A DNA stretch of 56,745 nucleotides, taken from contig CAZYMT010000002.1 in the NCBI GenBank assembly GCA_964649035.1, positions 1-56,745 of the forward strand. Reading direction: 5' to 3'. The translations under genes and the position numbers were made by a program. Below, one piece after another: positions 20,015 to 30,076 of the stretch (its first letter is position 1; each line of letters opens with the position of its first letter). The notes beneath the pieces were generated by a model. The model saw only the letters and a program-made list of their open reading frames with translations. It was not told where the DNA came from and ran no database searches. This stretch comes from an uncultured Rhodobacterales bacterium. Its GTDB lineage: Bacteria > Pseudomonadota > Alphaproteobacteria > Rhodobacterales > Rhodobacteraceae.

Positions 20015-21112
20015 TTAATTTTCCAGACAGGACTGCCATACCTCAAGTACGGGTTTGGCGCGGCCGTCAAATGTTTCCAATCCGGTATAAACCCAGATGG
20101 TCGCCAAATCGCGCAGGTTGCTAGGCAGCTTGTCCAGTGTGCCGTCAAAATCGACATTCACCCAGTTTATCACAAATGGGAAATTGTGTTCTTGGGCTTG
20201 CTCCAGCAACATCGAGATGAATTCCAGTTGCAGGTTTTCATCCGAAGGCAGCGCCGTTCCAAATGCCACTATCCCTTGTGACAGCGCACCGGATTCGGTG
20301 ATGGCAACGGGTTTGCCAAAGCTTAGCGCAATGTCGAAATAGCCGTCATTGGGGGGATTGGGGTGGAAAAATCCGTATCTATAGGTGCTCAATCCCAGAA
20401 GGTCACTATGGTTCAGCAATTGCGTAACCGCAGGGGCTTGTAGCGCGAGGTTGGGTTTGGCATCGTCATCTATGCCGCGCAAATGCTCGTATTGTACGCT
20501 CGAAAACACCGGCAAATCCGGATGGGCTTGTTTCACGGCCACATAAACGGCTGCGTTCAATTCCAGATACGCGTCCCATTTTTCCGGAGCAAACGACACC
20601 AGAAGATTGGATTCAATTCCGATCGCCAGATATGCTGGATCAAATTGCGCGACCATTTCCAGCGCGTAATGTGAGTAGGCCGTAATCACATCGGGATCAT
20701 TAAAATCCTTGCGCCGCCATTTACGCGGAAGACGCCGATTATCACCCCTGTTGGACCAATAGGGTGCCAAACCGTCACGCGCCGAATTCATCGGGGTAAT
20801 TGCGAGGATAATCGGCATATTATCATCTGTGCGCTGCAACCGGTCTGCCCAGTCATCGGTTACGTGCTTGGGATAGGGGGCGGCGTTCAACGCCTCCTCC
20901 CACGGGATGCCATTGTCGAAATGATACAGGATTATGTCGCCGTGATCGGCGATAAACTGGTAGGCGCGATCAATGGCGGGAAGGGTCAAGTCCGGTGGCC
21001 ATGTGGAAAATCCCAAAGCTGGTTCAAAGGGTTGGCCTTGGCACAGCTCGGATTTCGCCAAAGCTGGCGTCGTCAGTAGCAACGAAAACAAGGCTGTAAA
21101 TATTATCCGAAT
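20015..21112 (-). CDS. Secreted glycoside-hydrolase-like TIM-barrel protein (clan GH-A-like)
   Basis: GIPWEEAL, YLAIGIESN (candidate acid/base Glu), KPVAITESG (candidate nucleophile Glu), GL...DGRAKP; start placed at ATT 21112 (see findings). Confidence 0.7.
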   Translation of the reverse strand: MRIIFTALFSLLLTTPALAKSELCQGQPFEPALGFSTWPPDLTLPAIDRAYQFIADHGDIILYHFDNGIPWEEALNAAPYPKHVTDDWADRLQRTDDNMPIILAITPMNSARDGLAPYWSNRGDNRRLPRKWRRKDFNDPDVITAYSHYALEMVAQFDPAYLAIGIESNLLVSFAPEKWDAYLELNAAVYVAVKQAHPDLPVFSSVQYEHLRGIDDDAKPNLALQAPAVTQLLNHSDLLGLSTYRYGFFHPNPPNDGYFDIALSFGKPVAITESGALSQGIVAFGTALPSDENLQLEFISMLLEQAQEHNFPFVINWVNVDFDGTLDKLPSNLRDLATIWVYTGLETFDGRAKPVLEVWQSCLEN

Positions 21113-21181
21113 TGCCTGCCCTCCCGAATGTTTGGACTACTTGGTCATTTAGTCATTAGAAAACGAATTCCAAGGCACAAT

Positions 21182-21204
21182 TTGACGAGAATTCCGTCGG
21201 AATT
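21182..21204 (+). promoter_or_regulatory. TTGACG -35 followed by a palindromic candidate operator
   Basis: TTGACG 21182-87; AATTCC-gtc-GGAATT 21190-21204. Confidence 0.4.
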
Positions 21205-21264
21205 GGACTGGCGGAGGAAAGAATCCTCGCTTAACCTCTCGCTGGTATCTTGCAGGAGTATGAC

Positions 21265-22668
21265 ATGGATCACCTTACCAATTTCCCCTCAACCGACGAT
21301 ATGCGCGCCACAGATGCGGCACATCATTTGCATCCGTTCACGGATACCGCTGAACTGAATGCCAAGGGCGCGCGCATTATTACCCGCGCCGAGGGGGTTT
21401 ATCTGCATGACAGCGAAGGCAATAAAATGCTGGACGCAATGGCAGGTCTTTGGTGTGTGAATATCGGCTATGGCCGTGACGAGCTGGCTGATGTTGCCTA
21501 TCGCCAGATGAAAGAATTACCTTATTACAACACGTTTTTTGGCACCAGCCATCCCCCCGTGATTGCGTTGGCCGACAAAATTGCCCAGCTTATGCCGGGC
21601 GATCTGAACCGCACGTATTTTGCCAGTGGGGGGTCCGAAGCCAATGACACAAATATCCGTATGGTCCGTCATTATTGGGCCAGCATGGGCAAACCGAGCA
21701 AGAAAACCATCATCGCGCGCAAAAACGGCTATCACGGTTCGACCGTGGGGGCTGGTAGCCTTGGTGGAATGGCCGGAATGCATGCACAAGGTGGTCTGCC
21801 GATCCCTGACATTACCCATATCGACCAGCCGTATTGGTACGGCGAAGGGGGCGATCAGTCGCCCGAGGAATTTGGTCTACAACGCGCCCGCGCGCTTGAG
21901 GTCGAGATTGATCGTCTTGGCGAAGACAATGTTGCGGCGTTTATTGCGGAACCTGTGCAGGGGGCTGGCGGCGTCATCATTCCACCGTCCACCTACTGGC
22001 CGGAAATCCAGCGCATTTGTAAGGAACGTAATGTTCTGCTGATCGTTGACGAAGTTATCTGTGCCTTTGGCCGCACCGGCAACTGGTTCGGATCAAACAC
22101 CTTTGATATTCAACCCGACATCATGACGATCGCCAAGGGCTTGTCCTCGGGCTATCAGCCAATCGGTGGCAGCGTGATTTCCGAAAAGGTCGCCGCCTCG
22201 TTTGCGGAAAAAGGTGGCGAGTTCGCCCATGGCTACACCTATTCCGGTCATCCGGTTGCGGCGGCGGTAGCGCTGGAAAATCTACGGATCATGGAAGAAG
22301 AGAAAATCGTTGAAACTGTCCGTGATGAAACTGGCCCTTATCTGGCGGAGGCTTGGGAAAAGCTTGGCGAACATCCATTGGTTGGCGAGGCCCGCATTAT
22401 CGGCATGATGGGGGCGCTTGAACTGACACCGGATAAATCGGCCCGTGCACCATTCGCGGAGGGTGGCAAAGTTGGCTATATCTGTCGCGAGTTCTGTTTC
22501 AATAACGGCCTGATAATGCGCCATGTCGGTGACAAGATGATTATCTCGCCGCCGCTGGTTTTGAGTAAGCCCGAGATTGACGAACTGGCAGAGAAGGCAT
22601 GGAAATGTCTAGATATGACCCTAACGGAGGCAACAACCCAGGGGTTAATGAAGGCCGGCACACGCTAG
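21265..22668 (+). CDS. Class III omega-aminotransferase (putrescine/polyamine:pyruvate, SpuC-like)
   Basis: HHLHPFTD, DAMAGLWCVNIGYG, GSEAND, AEPVQGAGG, DEVICAFGRTG, AKGLSSGY, HGYTYSGHP. Confidence 0.92.
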   Translation: MDHLTNFPSTDDMRATDAAHHLHPFTDTAELNAKGARIITRAEGVYLHDSEGNKMLDAMAGLWCVNIGYGRDELADVAYRQMKELPYYNTFFGTSHPPVIALADKIAQLMPGDLNRTYFASGGSEANDTNIRMVRHYWASMGKPSKKTIIARKNGYHGSTVGAGSLGGMAGMHAQGGLPIPDITHIDQPYWYGEGGDQSPEEFGLQRARALEVEIDRLGEDNVAAFIAEPVQGAGGVIIPPSTYWPEIQRICKERNVLLIVDEVICAFGRTGNWFGSNTFDIQPDIMTIAKGLSSGYQPIGGSVISEKVAASFAEKGGEFAHGYTYSGHPVAAAVALENLRIMEEEKIVETVRDETGPYLAEAWEKLGEHPLVGEARIIGMMGALELTPDKSARAPFAEGGKVGYICREFCFNNGLIMRHVGDKMIISPPLVLSKPEIDELAEKAWKCLDMTLTEATTQGLMKAGTR

Positions 22669-22810
22669 CATAGATTTATAAACCGTCGTATTGTGCTACA
22701 TTTTGTCGCAGTCCGACGGTTATTGGAACGATACCAAGCCTAGGATAAACTAACCCCAACCACAGTCGGTGGGGTTATAGCAAGTTTTCCATTAAACAGG
22801 AGGTATCCGT

Positions 22811-23476
22811 ATGGGGTTTGCCATAGTACTCGCGCAGAAACAGGCTTGTGCGGGGCGTGCAATGATAATCGCACATCTCGCGCATCGCTGGGCGCATCAC
22901 GGAAGGAAAGTCGGGCTGGTTGATCTCGACTCTAAAAAACATCTGACCAAATGGGCGAATACGCACCGTTTGCGTAATCTCAGCCTCGCCCCTTCGCAAA
23001 CATGGTACGCAAAAACCAATGTGCGCAACAGTAAGAACCAACATGACATTACTTTAATCGATTGTCCGAATTATCCGGACCATCTTTTCCGCTCGGTTTG
23101 CGGGGAATGCGATCTGGTTCTTGCGCCATGTAAACCGACCAGCCTTGACCCCAAGGCAATTGAGCGGATTACGCGGATCAGCGGTGATGAAGGGACACAT
23201 TGTAGTGTTTTGGTAAAACATACATCCGTTCACAGCGTTAATATTGAGCCAACTTTGGCGCGCCTGAAAGCACAAAAAACACATGTGTTAAAATCGCGCC
23301 TAAGCAACCGGATAAGTTTCATGTCCGGATTTTACGAAGGCAATGCCTCACGCAAAAAAGGCGGACCAAGACCATCCGCCTGGGACGAGATAGAGGCCTT
23401 GCGAAAAGAACTAGACCACGTGTTATTACGCATAAATGAGTGCGCGGTAATGCAACCTTCATTAATACACCTTTAA
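22811..23476 (+). CDS. ParA/MinD-family protein with degenerate P-loop
   Basis: AGGAGG RBS; P-loop position reads QKQACAGRAM; VDLD, IDCP and CDLVLAP retained. Confidence 0.8.
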   Translation: MGFAIVLAQKQACAGRAMIIAHLAHRWAHHGRKVGLVDLDSKKHLTKWANTHRLRNLSLAPSQTWYAKTNVRNSKNQHDITLIDCPNYPDHLFRSVCGECDLVLAPCKPTSLDPKAIERITRISGDEGTHCSVLVKHTSVHSVNIEPTLARLKAQKTHVLKSRLSNRISFMSGFYEGNASRKKGGPRPSAWDEIEALRKELDHVLLRINECAVMQPSLIHL

Positions 23477-23502
23477 AAGGTATATTACTAAAAGGAGCTT
23501 AA
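23462..23502 (+). promoter_or_regulatory. CtrA-type boxes upstream of the second ParA-like gene
   Basis: Perfect TTAA-tacacct-TTAA (23462-76) plus CTAA-aaggagc-TTAA (23488-502). Confidence 0.6.
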
Positions 23503-23549
23503 AATTTGCGCACGCGACCGGACGCAAAGCTCCTCGGGAGGATACGAAA

Positions 23550-24173
23550 ATGGGATTTGCCATTGCATTCGTGCAACAACAAGGTGGGACGGGAAAAACC
23601 ACTATTTTAGCGCACTTGGCCCATAGCTGGGCACATCACGAAAAAAACGTTGGGTTAATCGATTTGGATCAGCGCGAGACGCTAACCCAGTGGGCGAGAT
23701 TACATCGCGAAATACATGTGAACCTGAAAGCCGCAAAAACCTGGAACGCCAAGAGCGACATTCACACCTGTAAAAACCATCATGATATTACATTGGTTGA
23801 CTGCCCCAGTTTTCCAGAACCCTTGTTGCGATCAGCCGCAGCCGAATGTGATTTGGTGATAGCGCCGGTGCAACCCTTAGGAATGGACCTTTGGGCTTTG
23901 GCCGGAACATTGCGAATTTGCGCAGACACAAATACCCCATGCCGCGTTGTTCTAAATAGCGTGCCGCAAGACCCCGCGAAAATCACCAAAACGCTTGAGG
24001 CGCTTGATAAAAAAGGGGCGGTTACGCTGACCTCGCGCTTGGACAATCGGGTGGCCTATTCGTCTGGGTTTCTGGACGGGTATACAGCGTTGAGCGGCAA
24101 GAAACGGACCTCGGCACATGATGAGATTGAAAACTTACGTATGGAGATCAATCAAATTCTGGACAATTTGTAA
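23550..24173 (+). CDS. ParA/MinD-family ATPase, paralog of the upstream gene
   Basis: QQQGGTGKTT, IDLD, VDCP, DLVIAPVQP; GGAGG RBS. Confidence 0.88.
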   Translation: MGFAIAFVQQQGGTGKTTILAHLAHSWAHHEKNVGLIDLDQRETLTQWARLHREIHVNLKAAKTWNAKSDIHTCKNHHDITLVDCPSFPEPLLRSAAAECDLVIAPVQPLGMDLWALAGTLRICADTNTPCRVVLNSVPQDPAKITKTLEALDKKGAVTLTSRLDNRVAYSSGFLDGYTALSGKKRTSAHDEIENLRMEINQILDNL

Positions 24174-24190
24174 AAAATGTTCATGTTTGG

Positions 24191-24748
24191 ATGATGATCA
24201 AAACTGAGCGCCTGATTTTACGAAAATTCACACCGGATGACGCGGACGCGTTTGCCGCGATGAACGCTGACCCGCAGGTGATGCAGTATTTCCCAAACGT
24301 GATGTCGCGGGAGGGTTCTGACGGGTTTCTGGAATATGAAATTCAGAACTGGACGGATAATGGATTTAGCCTGTTTGCACTAGAAAAGCGCGATACAGGC
24401 GAAATGATAGGGTTTACCGGCCTTTCGCGCCCCAGCTATGAAACCCCGTTCACGCCGTGTGTCGAGATTGGCTGGCGTCTGGTTCCATCGGCTTGGGGCA
24501 AAGGATTGGCGTCCGAGGCCGCGCAGGCAAGTCTGGCCTTCGGGTTTGCAGGTTTGGGGTTGGAGGAGATTGTTTCCTTCACAACCGCCACCAACTTACC
24601 ATCACAAAACCTGATGAAACGCATCGGTATGACCCGCAATCCGGCGGATGATTTTGATCATCCGAAACTGACCAGCGATCACCCGCTGCTCCGCCATGTA
24701 TTATATCGTCTTTCGCGCGAGGAATGGCTTGCCACCCGCGCCGCCTAA
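24191..24748 (+). CDS. RimJ/RimL-type GNAT N-acetyltransferase
   Basis: TERLILR, VEIGWRL..SAWGKGLASEAA, NLPSQNLMKRIGM, FDHP. Confidence 0.92.
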   Translation: MMIKTERLILRKFTPDDADAFAAMNADPQVMQYFPNVMSREGSDGFLEYEIQNWTDNGFSLFALEKRDTGEMIGFTGLSRPSYETPFTPCVEIGWRLVPSAWGKGLASEAAQASLAFGFAGLGLEEIVSFTTATNLPSQNLMKRIGMTRNPADDFDHPKLTSDHPLLRHVLYRLSREEWLATRAA

Positions 24749-24785
24749 GCTATGATTTCCCGCGAACGAACTGGGAGTATTGTCG

Positions 24786-25481
24786 GTGAAAAAAGTGTAT
24801 GAAAATGCAGCGGATGCGCTGGAGGGCGTGCTGTTTGACGGCATGATGATCGCAGCAGGCGGCTTTGGCCTGTGTGGCATTCCGGAAAACCTGATCGACG
24901 GGATCAGGGATGCTGGCACCAAGGATCTGACGGTTGCCTCCAACAATGCCGGCGTTGACGGGTTTGGGCTGGGCGTGTTGTTGGATACACGGCAGGTCAA
25001 AAAGATGATCTCGTCTTATGTTGGCGAAAACGCTGAATTCATGCGGCAATATCTGTCCGGCGAGCTGGAACTGGAATTCAATCCCCAAGGCACGTTGGCC
25101 GAACGGATGCGCGCAGGCGGCGCTGGCATCCCCGGGTTTTACACAAAAACCGGCGTTGGCACGGTGATTGCCGAGGGTAAAGAGCACAAGGATTTCAACG
25201 GCGAAACCTATATTCTTGAGGAAGGCATCGTCGCCGACATTTCTATCGTTAAGGCGTGGAAAGGTGACGAGCAGGGCAACCTGATTTATCGCAAAACCGC
25301 ACGGAATTTTAACCCTGCTGCCGCGACATGTGGCAAGATTTGCATCGCCGAGGTTGAGGAAATTGTACCGACAGGCAGCCTCGACCCGGACCTAATTCAT
25401 ACCCCGGGAATTTACGTCAGCCGGATCATTCAAGGTAGCCACGAAAAACGTATCGAACAACGCACAGTGCGGGAAGGTTAA
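24786..25481 (+). CDS. scoA: 3-oxoacid (succinyl-CoA) CoA-transferase subunit A
   Basis: GGFGLCGIPENLI, SYVGEN, PQGTLAERMRAGGAGIP, ARNFNP. Confidence 0.93.
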   Translation: MKKVYENAADALEGVLFDGMMIAAGGFGLCGIPENLIDGIRDAGTKDLTVASNNAGVDGFGLGVLLDTRQVKKMISSYVGENAEFMRQYLSGELELEFNPQGTLAERMRAGGAGIPGFYTKTGVGTVIAEGKEHKDFNGETYILEEGIVADISIVKAWKGDEQGNLIYRKTARNFNPAAATCGKICIAEVEEIVPTGSLDPDLIHTPGIYVSRIIQGSHEKRIEQRTVREG

Positions 25482-25484
25482 GCC

Positions 25485-26111
25485 ATGTGGGATAGAAATC
25501 AAATGGCCGAACGTGCCGCTGCTGAGCTGGAAGACGGGACATATGTGAACCTCGGGATTGGTATCCCGACGCTCGTATCGAACTACATTCCTTCAGGCGT
25601 CGATGTGACGTTACAATCGGAAAACGGGATGCTCGGCATGGGGCCGTTTCCGACGGAAGATGCGATTGATGCGGACCTGATTAATGCAGGCAAACAGACA
25701 ATCACTGCCCTGCCCCGCACCAGCTTTTTCGACTCGTCAGACAGTTTTGCGATGATCCGTGGCGGCAAGATTGCCATGGCGATTTTGGGGGCGATGGAGG
25801 TTGCGGAAAACGGTGATCTCGCCAACTGGATGATCCCCGGCAAGCTGGTCAAAGGCATGGGCGGCGCGATGGATTTGGTCGCAGGCGTGCAGCGCGTGGT
25901 TGTGATCATGGATCACGCCAATAAACATGGGCAAAGCAAGTTGTTGAAAACCTGCACCCTGCCTCTAACCGGCAAAGCCGTCGTTGACCGTATCATAACC
26001 AATCTCGGCGTGTTCGACGTGGTTGAAGGCGGCCTGAACGTTGTCGAAATCGCTGACGGCGTTTCAATGGACGATATCAAAGCACAGACCGAGGCGACTC
26101 TAGTCGCCTAA
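25485..26111 (+). CDS. scoB: 3-oxoacid (succinyl-CoA) CoA-transferase subunit B
   Basis: [15 protein letters not shown] (catalytic Glu), [10 protein letters not shown]. Confidence 0.93.
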   Translation: MWDRNQMAERAAAELEDGTYVNLGIGIPTLVSNYIPSGVDVTLQSENGMLGMGPFPTEDAIDADLINAGKQTITALPRTSFFDSSDSFAMIRGGKIAMAILGAMEVAENGDLANWMIPGKLVKGMGGAMDLVAGVQRVVVIMDHANKHGQSKLLKTCTLPLTGKAVVDRIITNLGVFDVVEGGLNVVEIADGVSMDDIKAQTEATLVA

Positions 26112-26113
26112 GA

Positions 26114-27550
26114 TCAGAACAAACTACCCTGATTATCAGCGTCCGGCTTTCGTGGCTTGGGCGCTGATTTTTTGGCGGGTGCGGGGCTGGACCCTGTTGA
26201 AACCGGCAATTTTCCATCAGCAAATTCGATTTCAAGCGCAGCAAATTTTGCCGCCTTGGCTTTGCCCGTCACCACACCTTTTTCACTGTGAATAACGGCG
26301 TATCCGCGTTCAAGTGTGTTCTTGTAACTAAGGGTATTCAGCGTGCGACCAAGGGCAATCAACTGTTTCGAAGGCTCGGATAGATTGCGATTCAACGCAG
26401 GCTGCAACCGCGCCGACCAAGCCGAAACATCCCGCGATTTGCGTTGAATATCCGCGTTCAAAGCCGCTGGATGCAAACGTTCAGCTCCCCTCGCCGCCAA
26501 CTGCGCCCGTTTGCGGTGCGTCAGGTTCGACAAAGCCAGCGGCAACCGCATGGACAAAGCATCAAGCCGCTGCACCCGTTCTGCCAACACTGTTTCCGGT
26601 CTTGGCAATGCCCGCGCCACATCCCGCAAACGTTGGCGGCGTTGCTCCAAGCCACGCGCCAAGGCGCGACGGCGGCGCTCCTCTAAGCTTGCGACATGCG
26701 CCGACAGATCCGCGCGCACCGGAACCGCCATTTCGGCTGCAGCAGTAGGTGTCGGTGCGCGCCTGTCTGACACATAATCAATCAATGTCGTGTCGGTTTC
26801 ATGGCCCACCGCCGAGATCACCGGAATGTCGCCGGCGGCAACGGCGCGAATAACCTCTTCTTCGTTAAAGCCCCAAAGATCCTCGATAGAACCCCCACCT
26901 CTCGCGATTATTAGGACATCGGGTCGTGGCACAGCCCCGCCAGCCGCCAACGCATTAAAGCCGTTGATCGCCGCCACAACTTGGGGTGCACATTTATCGC
27001 CTTGTACCACCACCGGCCAGATCAAAACTTTGCGCGGGAAACGGTCCCGCAAACGGTGCAGAATGTCGCGGATAACGGCGCCAGATGGGGATGTTATAAC
27101 GCCAATAACTTCGGGCAGATACGGAATCGGTTGTTTGCGATCCTCGTTAAACAGCCCCTCAGCACCTAGTTTTTCTTTACGCTTTTCCAGCATCGCCATC
27201 AACGCGCCTACACCAGCAGGCGCGATATCCTCGATCACCATTTGATAACGACTTTGGCCCGGGAATGTAGTTAGGCGACCGGTTGCGACAACCTCCATCC
27301 CTTCTTCGGGTTGTACGCGCAGACGGCCCGCGACGCCCTTCCAGATCACCGAGGCCAGCACGGCACGGTCGTCTTTCAGGTCCAAATATAAATGGCCAGA
27401 TGCGGGGCGCGAAACGCGGCCAACCTCGCCGCGAATGCGGACATGGCTGAATTCCCCCTCGATCATACGTTTAACCACACCGGAAATCTCGGAAACCGAG
27501 AATTCAGGGGCGTTTTCACCGGGTTCGGGGTCGTCGATCAGATCAGACAT
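26114..27550 (-). CDS. xseA: Exodeoxyribonuclease VII large subunit
   Basis: SGHLYLDLKD, ARGGGSIEDLWGFNEE, SAVGHETD, RAPTPTAAAE, TLERGYA. Confidence 0.97.
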   Translation of the reverse strand: MSDLIDDPEPGENAPEFSVSEISGVVKRMIEGEFSHVRIRGEVGRVSRPASGHLYLDLKDDRAVLASVIWKGVAGRLRVQPEEGMEVVATGRLTTFPGQSRYQMVIEDIAPAGVGALMAMLEKRKEKLGAEGLFNEDRKQPIPYLPEVIGVITSPSGAVIRDILHRLRDRFPRKVLIWPVVVQGDKCAPQVVAAINGFNALAAGGAVPRPDVLIIARGGGSIEDLWGFNEEEVIRAVAAGDIPVISAVGHETDTTLIDYVSDRRAPTPTAAAEMAVPVRADLSAHVASLEERRRRALARGLEQRRQRLRDVARALPRPETVLAERVQRLDALSMRLPLALSNLTHRKRAQLAARGAERLHPAALNADIQRKSRDVSAWSARLQPALNRNLSEPSKQLIALGRTLNTLSYKNTLERGYAVIHSEKGVVTGKAKAAKFAALEIEFADGKLPVSTGSSPAPAKKSAPKPRKPDADNQGSLF

Positions 27551-27622
27551 TTTGGACGCTTGCATGTAACATGGCGCGACTTTAGAACGGGCCGCAACAA
27601 AACCCAATAGCTGGAGAGCAAA

Positions 27623-28885
27623 ATGAACATCCTTATCTTGGGCAGTGGCGGTCGCGAGCATTCTTTAGCTTGGGCAATCACGCAAAATCCGAAATGTGAT
27701 CAGTTGTTTTGTGCGCCCGGCAATGCCGGAATTGCGCAGGTAGCGACCTGTGTGGCGCTTGATCCGGAAGACGGCGATGCGGTGGCAGCGTTTTGCGTCG
27801 ACGAAAGCATTGGTTTCGTGGTTGTCGGACCAGAGGCACCCTTAGCTGCCGGAGTTTCCGATGTTTTGCGGGCCGCAGGAATTTTGACCTTTGGACCATC
27901 GAAGGCCGCTGCACAGTTGGAGGTTTCCAAAAGTTTCACCAAGGAAATTTGTGACGCTTGTAACGCCCCAACATCGGCTTACGGCCATTTCACCGACGCG
28001 GCAGCGGCGCGGGCATATGTTTTGGAACAAGGTGCGCCGATTGTGATCAAGGCTGACGGTTTGGCCGCTGGCAAAGGCGTTGTTGTCGCCATGGATCTGG
28101 ACACCGCTTTGGCAGCAATTGACGATATGTTTGACGGCGCGTTTGGGGCGGCTGGTGCCGAGGTCGTGATTGAGGAGTTTATGGAGGGCGAGGAAGCCTC
28201 GTTCTTTATTCTATGTGACGGCGAAAACGTTTTGCCAATGGGCACAGCACAGGACCATAAACGCGCGTTTGACGGTGATTTGGGGCCGAATACTGGCGGT
28301 ATGGGGGCATATTCCCCGGCGCCGATTATGGACGAGGCAGTCACCCGCAAAGCTTTGGAAGAGATTGTTAAGCCAACGGTTGCAGAAATGGCGCGGCGTG
28401 GCACACCGTATCAAGGGGTGCTTTATGCGGGTTTCATGATCAAGGATGGGCAACCGCGATTGGTCGAATATAACGTGCGATTTGGTGACCCTGAATGTCA
28501 GGCATTGATGATGCGGCTTGGCGCACAAGTATTAGATTTGCTACTGGCCTGTGCCGAGGGTCGACTGGCGGACACAAAAATTAACTGGGCGGATGATCAC
28601 GCTTTATGCGTGGTGTATGCGGCAAACGGGTATCCGGGGGGGTATGGAAAAGGCGATGTGATTGGCGGGCTGGACGCCGCTGAAGGCGATCCGTTTACTC
28701 AGATATTCCACGCGGGCACGAAAGCGGATGGCAGGGCTATCACGGCTAATGGTGGGCGCGTGTTGGGGATCACAGCGCGCGGTGACAGTTTGGAACAAGC
28801 GCGCAGCCGAGCCTATGCAAAAGTCGAAAAAATCGATTGGCCAGGCGGGTTCTACCGCAAAGATATCGGCTGGCGCGCGTTATAA
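27623..28885 (+). CDS. purD: Phosphoribosylamine-glycine ligase
   Basis: GSGGREH, KADGLAAGKGV, QDHKR, GPNTGGMGAYSP, RFGDPE. Confidence 0.99.
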   Translation: MNILILGSGGREHSLAWAITQNPKCDQLFCAPGNAGIAQVATCVALDPEDGDAVAAFCVDESIGFVVVGPEAPLAAGVSDVLRAAGILTFGPSKAAAQLEVSKSFTKEICDACNAPTSAYGHFTDAAAARAYVLEQGAPIVIKADGLAAGKGVVVAMDLDTALAAIDDMFDGAFGAAGAEVVIEEFMEGEEASFFILCDGENVLPMGTAQDHKRAFDGDLGPNTGGMGAYSPAPIMDEAVTRKALEEIVKPTVAEMARRGTPYQGVLYAGFMIKDGQPRLVEYNVRFGDPECQALMMRLGAQVLDLLLACAEGRLADTKINWADDHALCVVYAANGYPGGYGKGDVIGGLDAAEGDPFTQIFHAGTKADGRAITANGGRVLGITARGDSLEQARSRAYAKVEKIDWPGGFYRKDIGWRAL

Positions 28886-28896
28886 AGCGGAATTTT

Positions 28897-29921
<1,025 letters not shown>

Positions 29922-29994
29922 TCAATTGTTCAATAAACTTTCTAAACCGCAGCGCGATACTTCGCTAGTCCCTTTTCGTCATTTGTTCCATTCG

Positions 29995-30010
29995 TTAACC
30001 AAAGGTAAAC
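29995..30010 (+). promoter_or_regulatory. CtrA-like box upstream of the RTX-type gene
   Basis: TTAA-ccaaagg-TAAAC, one mismatch. Confidence 0.45.
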
Positions 30011-30076
30011 AGATGCTTTGAATTTTATGTAAAATTGTGCGAAATTCTTATGTATAGTAATTGTACGAGGTTTCAC

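Noticed and set aside
22751-22777. TAACCCC/GGGGTTA inverted repeat as a parS-like site for the ParA pair
   Set aside because: No similarity to the parS consensus and no parB nearby; more simply a terminator or 5'-UTR hairpin
19938-24173. Genomic island integrated at tRNA-His
   Set aside because: No integrase, and I found no duplicated tRNA 3' end downstream
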